Shown in pieces: positions 9,748 through 18,827 of a stretch of DNA of 64,000 bases (position 1 is its first letter; the number at the start of each line of letters is the position of its first letter). The translations under genes were made by a program, and so were the position numbers. This DNA is from a virus. The stretch is from IMG/VR virus record IMGVR_UViG_3300005265_000549, positions 25,202-89,201 of that record; one strand, given 5' to 3'. The notes beneath the pieces were generated by a model, which saw nothing but the letters and a program-made list of their open reading frames with translations, was not told the DNA's origin and made no database searches.

Positions 9748-10307
9748 TATCATTTAAAAAATATTTAGAAGAAGCACTTTCATTAGATAATGTAAATAAA
9801 ACACCTGGTAAAAATAAAGTTGTTGTAATGATGGGTCGTTTTCAACCACCGACTATCGCACATTTAGATATAATTGAAAAAGCATATAAAAAATATAAAC
9901 TTCCTGTTATTATTGCAATAGTAAAATCAAAAAATAAAAATTCACCTTTTTCAGTAGATATAATTAAAAAAATGATTAAAGAATCTATTAAAGGAAAAAT
10001 AGAATTTTTAGAACTTTCAAGTGGTTTTATTGGAGATTTTATTTCTCCATTAAGAGATAAAAATTTAGAACCAACAATTTTATTTGCTGGTTCTGATCGA
10101 ATAAAAAGTTATGAAAATCAAATTGAACGATATAAAGAATTATTTGATTTAAATTTAACAGTAGAAGAAATAAAACGAAATGATGATGATGTTTCAGCAT
10201 CAAAAGTCAGAGATGCTTTAAAGAATAATGATGAAGAAAGTTTTAAAAAATTAATGTCAAAAAATTTACATAAATATTTTAAAAAATTAAAAGGGATGAT
10301 GGTATGA
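9744..10307 (+). CDS. HIGH-superfamily nucleotidyltransferase (cytidylyltransferase / NMN adenylyltransferase-like)
   Basis: MGRFQPPTIAH, NSPFS, AGSDR and VSASKVRDAL motifs. N-terminus MISFKKYLEE. Confidence 0.8.
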   Translation: MISFKKYLEEALSLDNVNKTPGKNKVVVMMGRFQPPTIAHLDIIEKAYKKYKLPVIIAIVKSKNKNSPFSVDIIKKMIKESIKGKIEFLELSSGFIGDFISPLRDKNLEPTILFAGSDRIKSYENQIERYKELFDLNLTVEEIKRNDDDVSASKVRDALKNNDEESFKKLMSKNLHKYFKKLKGMMV

Positions 10308-10498
10308 AAACATATAAAGAGATTTTAAATGAAAGATTGGGAAAAGGTACTGGTAGAGAATTTGATGATGGTGAAGATACTTGTAAATGTCCTAAATGTG
10401 GATTTGAAACAGAACATAAAGCTGGAACTCCTTGTTTAGAAACAAAATGTCCTAAATGTGGAACAGCAATGAAAGGAAAAAGCAAAGTAAATGATTAA
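10304..10498 (+). CDS. Small Cys-rich zinc-ribbon protein
   Basis: CKCPKCG...HKAGTPC...CPKCG. N-terminus MKTYKEILNE. Confidence 0.7.
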   Translation: MKTYKEILNERLGKGTGREFDDGEDTCKCPKCGFETEHKAGTPCLETKCPKCGTAMKGKSKVND

Positions 10499-10823
10499 TT
10501 ATAAAGAAATTCTAGAAGCAAAAAAGAAAACTGCAAGAGAATTGAAAAAAATTTTAGAAAGTTCTGATTTTGGTTATACAGAAGCTGGTGGAAATGGTCG
10601 ATGTAAAATTAAAGGTAAAAACCTTATTGTTTATAATTCTTATTGGGCAGGGAGCCAAAGACATCTTGATAATTTAATCAAATCTTGGTCTCCAAAAGGA
10701 TCAAATTATGAATATTTTAAAGAAGAAGGTTTTGATATAAAAATAATTAATTCTGGTTCTGAACCTAAAAGTAAAATTTATAAAGGTGAACCATCTGTTT
10801 GGGTTGAATTATCTGTAACTTGA
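10491..10823 (+). CDS. Hypothetical internal-head-like protein
   Basis: N-terminus MINYKEILE; overlaps the previous gene. Confidence 0.55.
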   Translation: MINYKEILEAKKKTARELKKILESSDFGYTEAGGNGRCKIKGKNLIVYNSYWAGSQRHLDNLIKSWSPKGSNYEYFKEEGFDIKIINSGSEPKSKIYKGEPSVWVELSVT

Positions 10824-10879
10824 TAAAAATATCACTACTTTTTAAAAAAATCAAATGAATTACTTTTTTCTATTTTTTT

Positions 10880-10948
10880 ATTAATAAAATTAAATACTTA
10901 CAATACACTTTTTTCAAAAAAAGTAAAAACATACCAAGGTGTATGTTA
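10880..10948. repeat. Dispersed intergenic repeat, copy 1
   Basis: attaataaaattaaatacttacaatac(a/g)cttttttcaaaaa...caaggtgtatgtta is shared with 33617-33671. Confidence 0.85.
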
Positions 10949-10982
10949 GATTTCTATAAATTTTAAATTAAAAGACTTTTTT

Positions 10983-11798
10983 ATGAAAAACTTTAAAGAT
11001 TACATTAGGTTACACGAATCATTAATTACTTTTGGTGGAAAGACTTTTCCAAAATTTAATAATATAGTAATTATTGCTGGTGGTCCCGCATCCGGAAAGA
11101 GTTTTATTAGAAAATATTTATTAGGTTTATCTGGAAAAATATTTGATGTTGATCAATTAAAAGATTTAACATTATTAACTATCGAATTAAAAAATAAAAT
11201 TAAAGAAAAGTTTGCTATTGATTTAGATAATTTTGATTTTAATGATGCTGAAAAAGTTTCTGAATTACATTCAATTTTGAGGGGAATGAAAATTCAAGAT
11301 AAAAAAATTAAAACTTTTCTTTTGAATACAGTAGGTAATAAAAATAAACCTAATATAATTTTTGATTTAACTTTAGATTCTTTATATTCATTAAATACTA
11401 TTACTAAATTAGTCATTCCTTATGGTTATGATAAAAAAAATATTCATATTGTTTGGGTTGTTAAAGAAATAAAAGAAGCTATTAAATTAAATAAAACAAG
11501 AGAAAGAAATATAGATCCAGATATTTTAATTAATAAACATGAAAATGTTGCTAATACATTCAAAAATATTTTATCAAATAAATCTAGATTTCAAAAATGG
11601 GTTGATGGTGATATTTGGGTTGTTTTTAATAAAACTGATGTTGATACTATTTTAAAAAATTCTGGAAATGGTGGTAGTTATATTGAAAAAGCATTAACAA
11701 TAAAAATTAAAGAACAGGGTAAAAAAATTAAAGATAGAAAAAGTATGGATAAAGATTTTTTACATAAATTATCTAAATATACTAAAAGACATTTTTAA
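10983..11798 (+). CDS. P-loop kinase (zeta-toxin / polynucleotide-kinase-like)
   Basis: Walker A AGGPASGKS, DVD, IIFD and lid motif NKTRERNI. N-terminus MKNFKDYIRLHE. Confidence 0.7.
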   Translation: MKNFKDYIRLHESLITFGGKTFPKFNNIVIIAGGPASGKSFIRKYLLGLSGKIFDVDQLKDLTLLTIELKNKIKEKFAIDLDNFDFNDAEKVSELHSILRGMKIQDKKIKTFLLNTVGNKNKPNIIFDLTLDSLYSLNTITKLVIPYGYDKKNIHIVWVVKEIKEAIKLNKTRERNIDPDILINKHENVANTFKNILSNKSRFQKWVDGDIWVVFNKTDVDTILKNSGNGGSYIEKALTIKIKEQGKKIKDRKSMDKDFLHKLSKYTKRHF

Positions 11799-11800
11799 AT

Positions 11801-11829
11801 TTTACATTTTTAATCATTTATTATATAAT
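11801..11829 (+). promoter_or_regulatory. Sigma70-like early promoter of the deazaguanine operon
   Basis: TTTACA-17 nt-TATAAT upstream of a GAGGAG SD and queD. Confidence 0.65.
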
Positions 11830-11858
11830 TAATTAAAAACTTTTGAGGAGGAGTTTTT

Positions 11859-12365
11859 ATGATTATCAGAAAAAAGTATAAATTTGAATCCGCTCACATT
11901 GTCAGAAATTGTTCATCAATTCGTTGTTCAGAATCAATTCATGGTCACTCATATATTGTAGAAGTTTTTATAAAATCAAATCATTTAGATAATGGTCAGA
12001 TGGTCTACGATTTTGGTTTAATGACTCCAATTAAAAATTTTATTGATAGATTTGATCATTCATATGTTTTTTGGAAAGATGAAAGTTCAGATTTTAAAAA
12101 ATTTATTCGTCTTTTTTCTGATAGATGGATTGAAATGCCATTATCACCGACTGCTGAATGTTTTTCTTTAATATTTTTTAAATTTATAGATGAAATATTA
12201 AATAATACTAAATTTAAAAATGGTGAAAAACGAGTTGAACTTCATTCAGTAAGAGTACATGAAACAGCAACTGGTTATGCTGAATGTTTTAAAAATGATA
12301 TGCATCTTATTAATAAATATGAAACAGAAGATATTAAATTTAGTGAATCTATAATGAAAGGATAA
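11859..12365 (+). CDS. queD: 6-carboxy-5,6,7,8-tetrahydropterin synthase
   Basis: FESAH, C..IHGHSY, MVYDFG, FDH, PTAE and VRVHET motifs. Confidence 0.92.
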   Translation: MIIRKKYKFESAHIVRNCSSIRCSESIHGHSYIVEVFIKSNHLDNGQMVYDFGLMTPIKNFIDRFDHSYVFWKDESSDFKKFIRLFSDRWIEMPLSPTAECFSLIFFKFIDEILNNTKFKNGEKRVELHSVRVHETATGYAECFKNDMHLINKYETEDIKFSESIMKG

Positions 12366-12368
12366 AAA

Positions 12369-13145
12369 ATGTTTGTTGATGAAATTTTTTATGGTTTACA
12401 AGGAGAAGGAAATCGTATGGGTTTCCCATCTGTTTTTATTAGAATAGGAGGATGTAATTTATGTTGCAAAGGATTTGGTTGTAAAACCATTTCACCAAAA
12501 ACAGGCGAAATATTATATGGTTGTGACACAATTCATGCAGCAAATACTGAACATTTTATTAGAACTTGGACAGATTATAAAAAATCTTTTGATATAATTA
12601 ATATTGTTTTAAATCAAGTTCCTAAAAATCGTCCTTATAATGAAGAAAGAGTTGATATTATTTTTACTGGTGGAGAACCATTTTTATTCCATAAAAATAA
12701 AATAATGATTGAAGTTGTTGAATATTTTATATCAAGAGGACATAAAGTTTATTTTGAAACTAATGGAACAATTAATATTGATTTTAATGAATTTGATATT
12801 TATAAAAAAGTTTCAATGAGTATAAGTGTAAAAATGAGCAATAGTGGTGAAGAAAAACGTAAAAGATGGAGACCAGAAGTCGTTAATAATTATCTAAAAC
12901 ATACTAAAGATTCTTATTTTAAATTTGTTATGAGTAAAGATAATTTAGAAAATGAAAGTGATGAAATTTTTGAATTTCTTAGTTTAGTTCCTACTTATGG
13001 AACAGTTTATTGTATGCCTAAAGGTGAAACTCAAAAAGAATTAAAAGAAAATAGTAAAGCAATTTATGAATTTGTTTCTAAACAAGGTTTTCGTTATTCA
13101 GATAGATTACATATTAGAATTTTTAGTGATAAAAGAGGAGTTTAA
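12369..13145 (+). CDS. queE: 7-carboxy-7-deazaguanine synthase (radical SAM)
   Basis: EIFYGLQGEG, FIRIGGCNLCC...CDT, TGGEP, ETNGT and RLHI motifs. Confidence 0.92.
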   Translation: MFVDEIFYGLQGEGNRMGFPSVFIRIGGCNLCCKGFGCKTISPKTGEILYGCDTIHAANTEHFIRTWTDYKKSFDIINIVLNQVPKNRPYNEERVDIIFTGGEPFLFHKNKIMIEVVEYFISRGHKVYFETNGTINIDFNEFDIYKKVSMSISVKMSNSGEEKRKRWRPEVVNNYLKHTKDSYFKFVMSKDNLENESDEIFEFLSLVPTYGTVYCMPKGETQKELKENSKAIYEFVSKQGFRYSDRLHIRIFSDKRGV

Positions 13146-13147
13146 AT

Positions 13148-13528
13148 ATGAATAAAAAACAATTTATTTTTACGACATTTCAACGTGAAGGATATCATTA
13201 TTATCCTGGAGCTAATATTAATTCAAAAACAGCAACAAATGATCGTTTTGATGTATCACATCTTGCTAATCTTCATATGCATTATTTTAATTTCAAAGTT
13301 TGGATTGAAGTCAAAGATACAAATAGAGAAATTGAATTTATTCAATTACGTCGATGGATTGAAGATTTATATACAAATGATACTTTAAAATTAGATTATA
13401 AATCTTGTGAAATGATTTCAGATGATTTATATTATGAATTAAGTAAAAAATATTCTAATTTAGAAATTAGAATTGAAATTAGTGAAGAAGGTATTAATGG
13501 AAGTTTTACTGAATATAAGGTTAATTAA
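13148..13528 (+). CDS. QueD-paralog T-fold protein, DpdL-like (putative CDG decarboxylase)
   Basis: LANLHMHYF resembles the LxxxHRHxF motif recalled for DpdL; also REIEFI and SCEMI. Located inside the que operon. Confidence 0.6.
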   Translation: MNKKQFIFTTFQREGYHYYPGANINSKTATNDRFDVSHLANLHMHYFNFKVWIEVKDTNREIEFIQLRRWIEDLYTNDTLKLDYKSCEMISDDLYYELSKKYSNLEIRIEISEEGINGSFTEYKVN

Positions 13529-13530
13529 TA

Positions 13531-14586
13531 ATGAAACAATTTATAATTTTTTCATTAGAACAATTAGAATCTAGATATACAAAAGAATGGTTTGATCATC
13601 TACCTTTATTATTTAATGATAAATTAGGTGATAAATTTGAAATTATTCAAATTAATGGTGAAACCACATCTAATGTTCCAACTCCTGGAGCATTTCTAGA
13701 TTTTGCCGCAACTAATTTATGGAAAAATGAACAAATAAATAAATTTTTTCATATGTTAGAAAATATAAAAAATGATGCTTTTATTTTATTTACTGATGCT
13801 TGGAATCCAACTATATTAGAAATAAAATATATTAAAGATTTATTGAAAAAAAATTGGACTATTATGTCTTTTTGGCATGCTGGATCTTATATTAATTCTG
13901 ATCCCTTAGGACAATTAATTTCAGATAAAAATTGGTCTTATTCAGCAGAATTATCATTTTTTCATGCTTGTGATTATAATATTTTTGCCACAAATGATCA
14001 TATAAAACAATTTAAAAAAGTATTAAATATAGGAGAAAATTTTAATCATAAAATAATTCGATCAGGATTTCCAATGGAATATATTCAAAAAATTCCTTTT
14101 CTTAATATTGGGAAAAAAAATACGATTGTTTTTGCTGCAAGAAATTCTCCTGAAAAACAACCTGAGATTTTTGATATAATTTCAAAAAAATGTCCAGAAT
14201 ATAAATGGGTTAATTGTCAACAAGAAAATTTTACAAAAAGTCAATATCATAATATTCTAGCAGAATCTAAAATATGTATTTCTTTTGCTTTATTAGAAAC
14301 TTTAGGAATTATTCAACATGAAGCCTTACAAGCTAGATCAATTCCTTTAGTTCCTAATCATTTATGTTATCCAGAAGAATATCTTCCTAATTGTAATTTT
14401 TTGTATGATGCTGATATCATAAAAGGTGAAATAAATTATTATAAAATTATTGAAATGATTCATAATTTCATAAATAATTATAATAAATATCAAAATGAAT
14501 TAGAAGAAAATTTAATATATCAAAGAAAAAATTATTTTTCATGTGATATTTTAATTCAAAAAATTAAAGGAGTTTATTATGAATGA
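13531..14586 (+). CDS. GT-B fold glycosyltransferase (GT4-like)
   Basis: FTDAWNP, WHAGSY, VFAARNSPEKQP and ETLGIIQHEA..(IPLVP) donor-binding motif. Confidence 0.8.
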   Translation: MKQFIIFSLEQLESRYTKEWFDHLPLLFNDKLGDKFEIIQINGETTSNVPTPGAFLDFAATNLWKNEQINKFFHMLENIKNDAFILFTDAWNPTILEIKYIKDLLKKNWTIMSFWHAGSYINSDPLGQLISDKNWSYSAELSFFHACDYNIFATNDHIKQFKKVLNIGENFNHKIIRSGFPMEYIQKIPFLNIGKKNTIVFAARNSPEKQPEIFDIISKKCPEYKWVNCQQENFTKSQYHNILAESKICISFALLETLGIIQHEALQARSIPLVPNHLCYPEEYLPNCNFLYDADIIKGEINYYKIIEMIHNFINNYNKYQNELEENLIYQRKNYFSCDILIQKIKGVYYE

Positions 14587-15343
14587 AAATTTTGAATCAA
14601 TAGATTTAAAAGAGTTTTTATTAAAACATTGGTATGAAAAATATCATAATTATGAAAACTTTGAAAAAACAATGAATAATTATAAAAATTTACCAATCTT
14701 TAAAGCTAATGAAAATGTTTTTGAAATGGGTTATAAATTTGATGATGAAACTCATTTTCTTATGCGAATGATAACACAATATTTTATTACACAAGCTTTT
14801 AAAGCTATGAAAATTGATATGAATGATGATAATATAGCTGAAAATTTTAATGAAGAAAACATTGGAACACCTGGGAGAATTGCAAAAATTTGGTGTGGTA
14901 AAAATACTGAAGATGATTCAGAATTAGGTAGTGGTAGATGGTGTAAACCACCAAGATTAGCAAAATTTAAAAATGTAAACGATCAACATTTTGTGATTGA
15001 AAAAACAATCGAATTGACTTCAAGTTGTTCACATCATTTTCTTCCTTTTAGTACATTATTTAATGATAGATCTTTTTGTACTATTAAATATATTCCTAAA
15101 GATTATGTTATTGGAATCAGTAAATTAAAAAGATTTATTAATGATTTTATTGCTAAAAGATTTTATTTGCAAGAAGATTTAACAAAAAATATTGGTGATG
15201 CTTTACAATATATTACACAATCTGATGATGTTTATGTTAAATTATATAAACTTCAACATAGTTGTGAAAAATTTCGTGGCGCTAAAGATTCTCAAGGTGC
15301 AATGACAACAGAATATAAAACAGGAAAATTTTTAAATGAATAA
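14579..15343 (+). CDS. folE: GTP cyclohydrolase I
   Basis: TPGRIAK, SSCSHHFLPF, IGISKL.R, LQEDLT and HSCEKFRG motifs. Confidence 0.92.
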   Translation: MNENFESIDLKEFLLKHWYEKYHNYENFEKTMNNYKNLPIFKANENVFEMGYKFDDETHFLMRMITQYFITQAFKAMKIDMNDDNIAENFNEENIGTPGRIAKIWCGKNTEDDSELGSGRWCKPPRLAKFKNVNDQHFVIEKTIELTSSCSHHFLPFSTLFNDRSFCTIKYIPKDYVIGISKLKRFINDFIAKRFYLQEDLTKNIGDALQYITQSDDVYVKLYKLQHSCEKFRGAKDSQGAMTTEYKTGKFLNE

Positions 15344-16598
15344 ATGCTCTTTCGAATATATTGCTTCAGGATGTAGTCATATTAGAATTGTTTTTAAAGA
15401 AGCTTATGAAAATAAAAATTGTTTAGCTTATTTAAAAAAATCTTTTAATTATCTTAATACTTTTTCTAAACATCATAAATTTTCTCTTTTGGCTAATGCT
15501 TGGACTGAACCTAATTTTGGTGAAATTTTCCAAAATTATAAACCAAGTATTAATCAAGTTATGTTAGATTCTGGTGGACTTCAAATTGTGACCCAAGGAA
15601 TGTTTATTACTGATAAAATTAAAGAAAAAATTTATTCTATTCAAAGTAAATGGTCTGATTCTGCTATGTGCTTTGATGAAATACCTCTTTCATTTAATGG
15701 TGATACATCTTCCAGAACTGATATTTCAAATAGATGGTTTGATAAAGATAAATTTAAAAATTGTGCTAAAATAACTGGAAAAAATGTTACTAGACAAATT
15801 GAAATATTTTTAGATGAAAAAAGTCAAACAAAACCATTTGTTATTGTTCAAGGAAATTGTTTAGAAACATATTGTGAATGGATTGAATTAGTTCTAAAAG
15901 AAATTCCATTATCATATCATAAATATATTCAAGGTGTTGCTATGGGTGCTGCATCTTTAGGATATGGAGTTCTAGAAGACATTAAAAAAGCTTTCTATTT
16001 TACACAATTACCAATAGAATGTAATAATCTACATATTTTAGGAGTTGGATCAATATCTAGATTACTTCCATTTATAATTTTTTCACAATCAGGATTATAT
16101 AAAAATATCCACATTTCATATGATTCTTCTACACACACTTCAGGAATAAATATGGGTAGATATTTTATTAATGGTAAAAACTTTAATTTTCCTAAAGTTT
16201 TAGATCATAAAATTTGGAATATTATGTATGAAGATGTTAAGAAAAACGGATTTTCTAATAATGAATCCATCAAACATTTTTTTATTCCTTTTTCTATACC
16301 AAGTATGGAATTTAAAGAAAAATATGGTTCTAGAGTTCCTTTTATAAAAATTATTAATTCAGTTTTTTGCTCAATAATAAAAAATTTTATAACAGAAGTT
16401 GATAAATGTTTTGATGAAAAATCTTATTTGATAAATAAATATACAAATGTGAAAACAAAAAATAGTTTTCTTTCATTGTATAACATTAAAAATAAAGAAG
16501 ATTTTAAAAGTTGGGAGAAAAATATTAGTCGATTTATTAATTCAAAATTTATCGCTTCACACAAAAGAAAAGAAACAGATTTAGATAATTTATTTTAG
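15336..16598 (+). CDS. dpdA: TGT-fold DNA transglycosylase (DpdA family)
   Basis: LDSGGLQ, CFDEIP, IVQG, GVAMG, LHILGVG and SYDSST TGT motifs; adjacent to folE/queD/queE. Confidence 0.75.
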   Translation: MNKCSFEYIASGCSHIRIVFKEAYENKNCLAYLKKSFNYLNTFSKHHKFSLLANAWTEPNFGEIFQNYKPSINQVMLDSGGLQIVTQGMFITDKIKEKIYSIQSKWSDSAMCFDEIPLSFNGDTSSRTDISNRWFDKDKFKNCAKITGKNVTRQIEIFLDEKSQTKPFVIVQGNCLETYCEWIELVLKEIPLSYHKYIQGVAMGAASLGYGVLEDIKKAFYFTQLPIECNNLHILGVGSISRLLPFIIFSQSGLYKNIHISYDSSTHTSGINMGRYFINGKNFNFPKVLDHKIWNIMYEDVKKNGFSNNESIKHFFIPFSIPSMEFKEKYGSRVPFIKIINSVFCSIIKNFITEVDKCFDEKSYLINKYTNVKTKNSFLSLYNIKNKEDFKSWEKNISRFINSKFIASHKRKETDLDNLF

Positions 16599-16607
16599 GG
16601 AGAAAAA

Positions 16608-17051
16608 ATGAAAACGTATAAAGAACAAATGGAAGCTGAAATATTAGAACAAGAAAATGTTGATGATGAACTTTATGATAAAATTTTAGATTTTTTAATT
16701 AGTTTAGATCCTGATGTTTTACCAGAAGATCAGGCTGATCTTCTTCATGAAATCTTAGATGAATTATTTGATGATTTTGATGATCTTTATGATGATGATG
16801 ATGTTGGCGATGGCGATGAAATTGAAGGTGAAACTATTACAACTGAAGCTTTTGCTGCAAAGAAAAAAAGAATTTCACCCGCTGAAAAAAATAAACGTAA
16901 AAGATTATATCGTAAAAATAAATCAAAAATTAAGATGAAAGCTAAAAAACGTAGAAAGACAGCTTCTTTCAAACGTTATAAAAAGAAAGCAAAAAGAATG
17001 GCTAAAAAAGGTAAGACTGCTTCAGGTAAACGTCGTACTAAATTTATCTAA
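16608..17051 (+). CDS. Prohead core / internal DNA-binding protein (acidic N-half, Lys/Arg-rich C-half; gp68-like)
   Basis: N-terminus MKTYKEQMEAE, strongly bipartite charge, GATAAATA at 16430-16437. Confidence 0.55.
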   Translation: MKTYKEQMEAEILEQENVDDELYDKILDFLISLDPDVLPEDQADLLHEILDELFDDFDDLYDDDDVGDGDEIEGETITTEAFAAKKKRISPAEKNKRKRLYRKNKSKIKMKAKKRRKTASFKRYKKKAKRMAKKGKTASGKRRTKFI

Positions 17052-17112
17052 TTGTTACTTATAATATATATTTAAGCTGTTTTGTTTAGAATAGTTAACA
17101 CTTTTAATATAA

Positions 17113-17141
17113 TTTACAAAAAGTGATTTATCATATATAAT
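17113..17141 (+). promoter_or_regulatory. Sigma70-like early promoter of the replication block
   Basis: TTTACA-17 nt-TATAAT upstream of a GAGGAG SD and gp45. Confidence 0.65.
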
Positions 17142-17180
17142 ATATTTTTAACTTTTAATATGAATGAGGAGATTTAAAAT

Positions 17181-17846
17181 ATGAATTTATCAAACCAAAC
17201 TATCAATTTCTTAAAAAACTTTGCTTTAATTAATAATTCAATACATATTGATGAAGAGGGTTATTTAAAAACAAAAACACCCAATGCTTCAAATATTATT
17301 GGTATTGCTAAAATTGATGAAAAATTACCAACACTTTCAATATATTCTTTAGATGAATTATTAGGTTCAATGTCATTATTTGAACAATCAAATATTGAAT
17401 ATACTATTAATGATGATTATATTATCATGACAGATGGTAAAATGAAAATTAATTATCGTTTATCTGACCCCGAACATATTTTAACAAAATGTAAAGCTGC
17501 TAAACAATATGAAGAATATGATGATTTTGATTGTTCTTTTAAATTAACTGAAGAACAATTAATTTCTATTCAAAAAGCATCTAGAATTTTAAAAGCTGAT
17601 GCTTTTTGTATTGATATGAAAAATGGTCAAGGTAAAATCAGTTTAATTAATTCTGAATTACCGATGACAAATAGTTTTGAGTTAGAAGTAAAAGGTAAAG
17701 GTGAAAGTTCAGTAAAAATCTGGGTTGATAATCTTTTAATTATGAATTCTGATTATACTGTAAATGTTTCCAATAATAAAGTTGTAAAATTTTCAAGTGA
17801 TTCATTACCGGTTTTTTATATGTTAGCTACTGCAATTCTTAATTAA
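17181..17846 (+). CDS. 45: Sliding clamp (T4 gp45-like)
   Basis: MNLSNQTINFLKNFALINNSI and IYSLDELLG; gene order 45-44-62-regA. Confidence 0.88.
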   Translation: MNLSNQTINFLKNFALINNSIHIDEEGYLKTKTPNASNIIGIAKIDEKLPTLSIYSLDELLGSMSLFEQSNIEYTINDDYIIMTDGKMKINYRLSDPEHILTKCKAAKQYEEYDDFDCSFKLTEEQLISIQKASRILKADAFCIDMKNGQGKISLINSELPMTNSFELEVKGKGESSVKIWVDNLLIMNSDYTVNVSNNKVVKFSSDSLPVFYMLATAILN

Positions 17847-17860
17847 TTGAAAGGAATAAG

Positions 17861-18826
17861 ATGACAGAAACTTTACATGGAAGATTATTTGATGATTTCA
17901 TCTGGGGATTAAAATATAGACCAAGATTTATTGATGATTTAGTATTACCAAAAAGAATTAAAATTTATATTAAAAATATTATTGATAGTGAAAGAATTCC
18001 TAATATGTTATTATCTGGTCCTGCTGGTACTGGAAAAACTTCAGCAGCTATTGTTATGTGTTGCGCATTAGATTTAGAATATCTTTATATTAATGCTAGT
18101 GAACAAACAGGAATTGATGTCTTAAGAACAAATGTTAGACAATTTATTACTAATAAATCTTGGGATGATAATGGAAAAATTGTTATTTTAGATGAATTTG
18201 ATCGAGCTAGTCCTCAATTTCAAGATGCATTAAAATCAACTTTAGAACAATTTTCTAAATCATGTAATTTTATTTTTATATCAAATCATAAAAATAAGAT
18301 TATTGCACCACTTCAATCAAGATTACAAACTATTGAATTTAAATTTTCTTTAGAAGAAACAAATAAATTAAAAAAAGAATTCTTTAAAAAATGTATTGAA
18401 ATTTTAAAGAAAGAAAAAGTAAAATATTCAGATAAAATTGTTGCACAAATAGTTAATAATATTTTCCCAGATATGAGAAAAATATTAAATGAATTACAAA
18501 AATTATCTCAACAAGATCAATTAGATAATTTTGATGCTATTAACAATATTATTACAGATGTTGATGATTATTATAAAATAATAAAATCAAGAAAATATAA
18601 AGATCTTTTAAAATATATTGCTCAATTACCAGGAGATCCTCAAGGATTTTATGCTAATCTTTATGATTCAGCATTAAAATATATTACTTCAGAATCTGTT
18701 CCAGATTTTATTATTTTATTAGGAAAATATTCATATGAATCAGCTTTCGTTGTAGACTCAAGAATTAATATTGCTTCATTTTCAACTGAAGTAATGACTA
18801 ATTGTAAGATAAAAGAAGAACTTTAA
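17861..18826 (+). CDS. 44: Clamp loader large subunit (T4 gp44)
   Basis: KYRP, GPAGTGKT, INAS, ILDEFD and PLQSR RFC motifs. Confidence 0.93.
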   Translation: MTETLHGRLFDDFIWGLKYRPRFIDDLVLPKRIKIYIKNIIDSERIPNMLLSGPAGTGKTSAAIVMCCALDLEYLYINASEQTGIDVLRTNVRQFITNKSWDDNGKIVILDEFDRASPQFQDALKSTLEQFSKSCNFIFISNHKNKIIAPLQSRLQTIEFKFSLEETNKLKKEFFKKCIEILKKEKVKYSDKIVAQIVNNIFPDMRKILNELQKLSQQDQLDNFDAINNIITDVDDYYKIIKSRKYKDLLKYIAQLPGDPQGFYANLYDSALKYITSESVPDFIILLGKYSYESAFVVDSRINIASFSTEVMTNCKIKEEL

Positions 18827-18827
18827 T

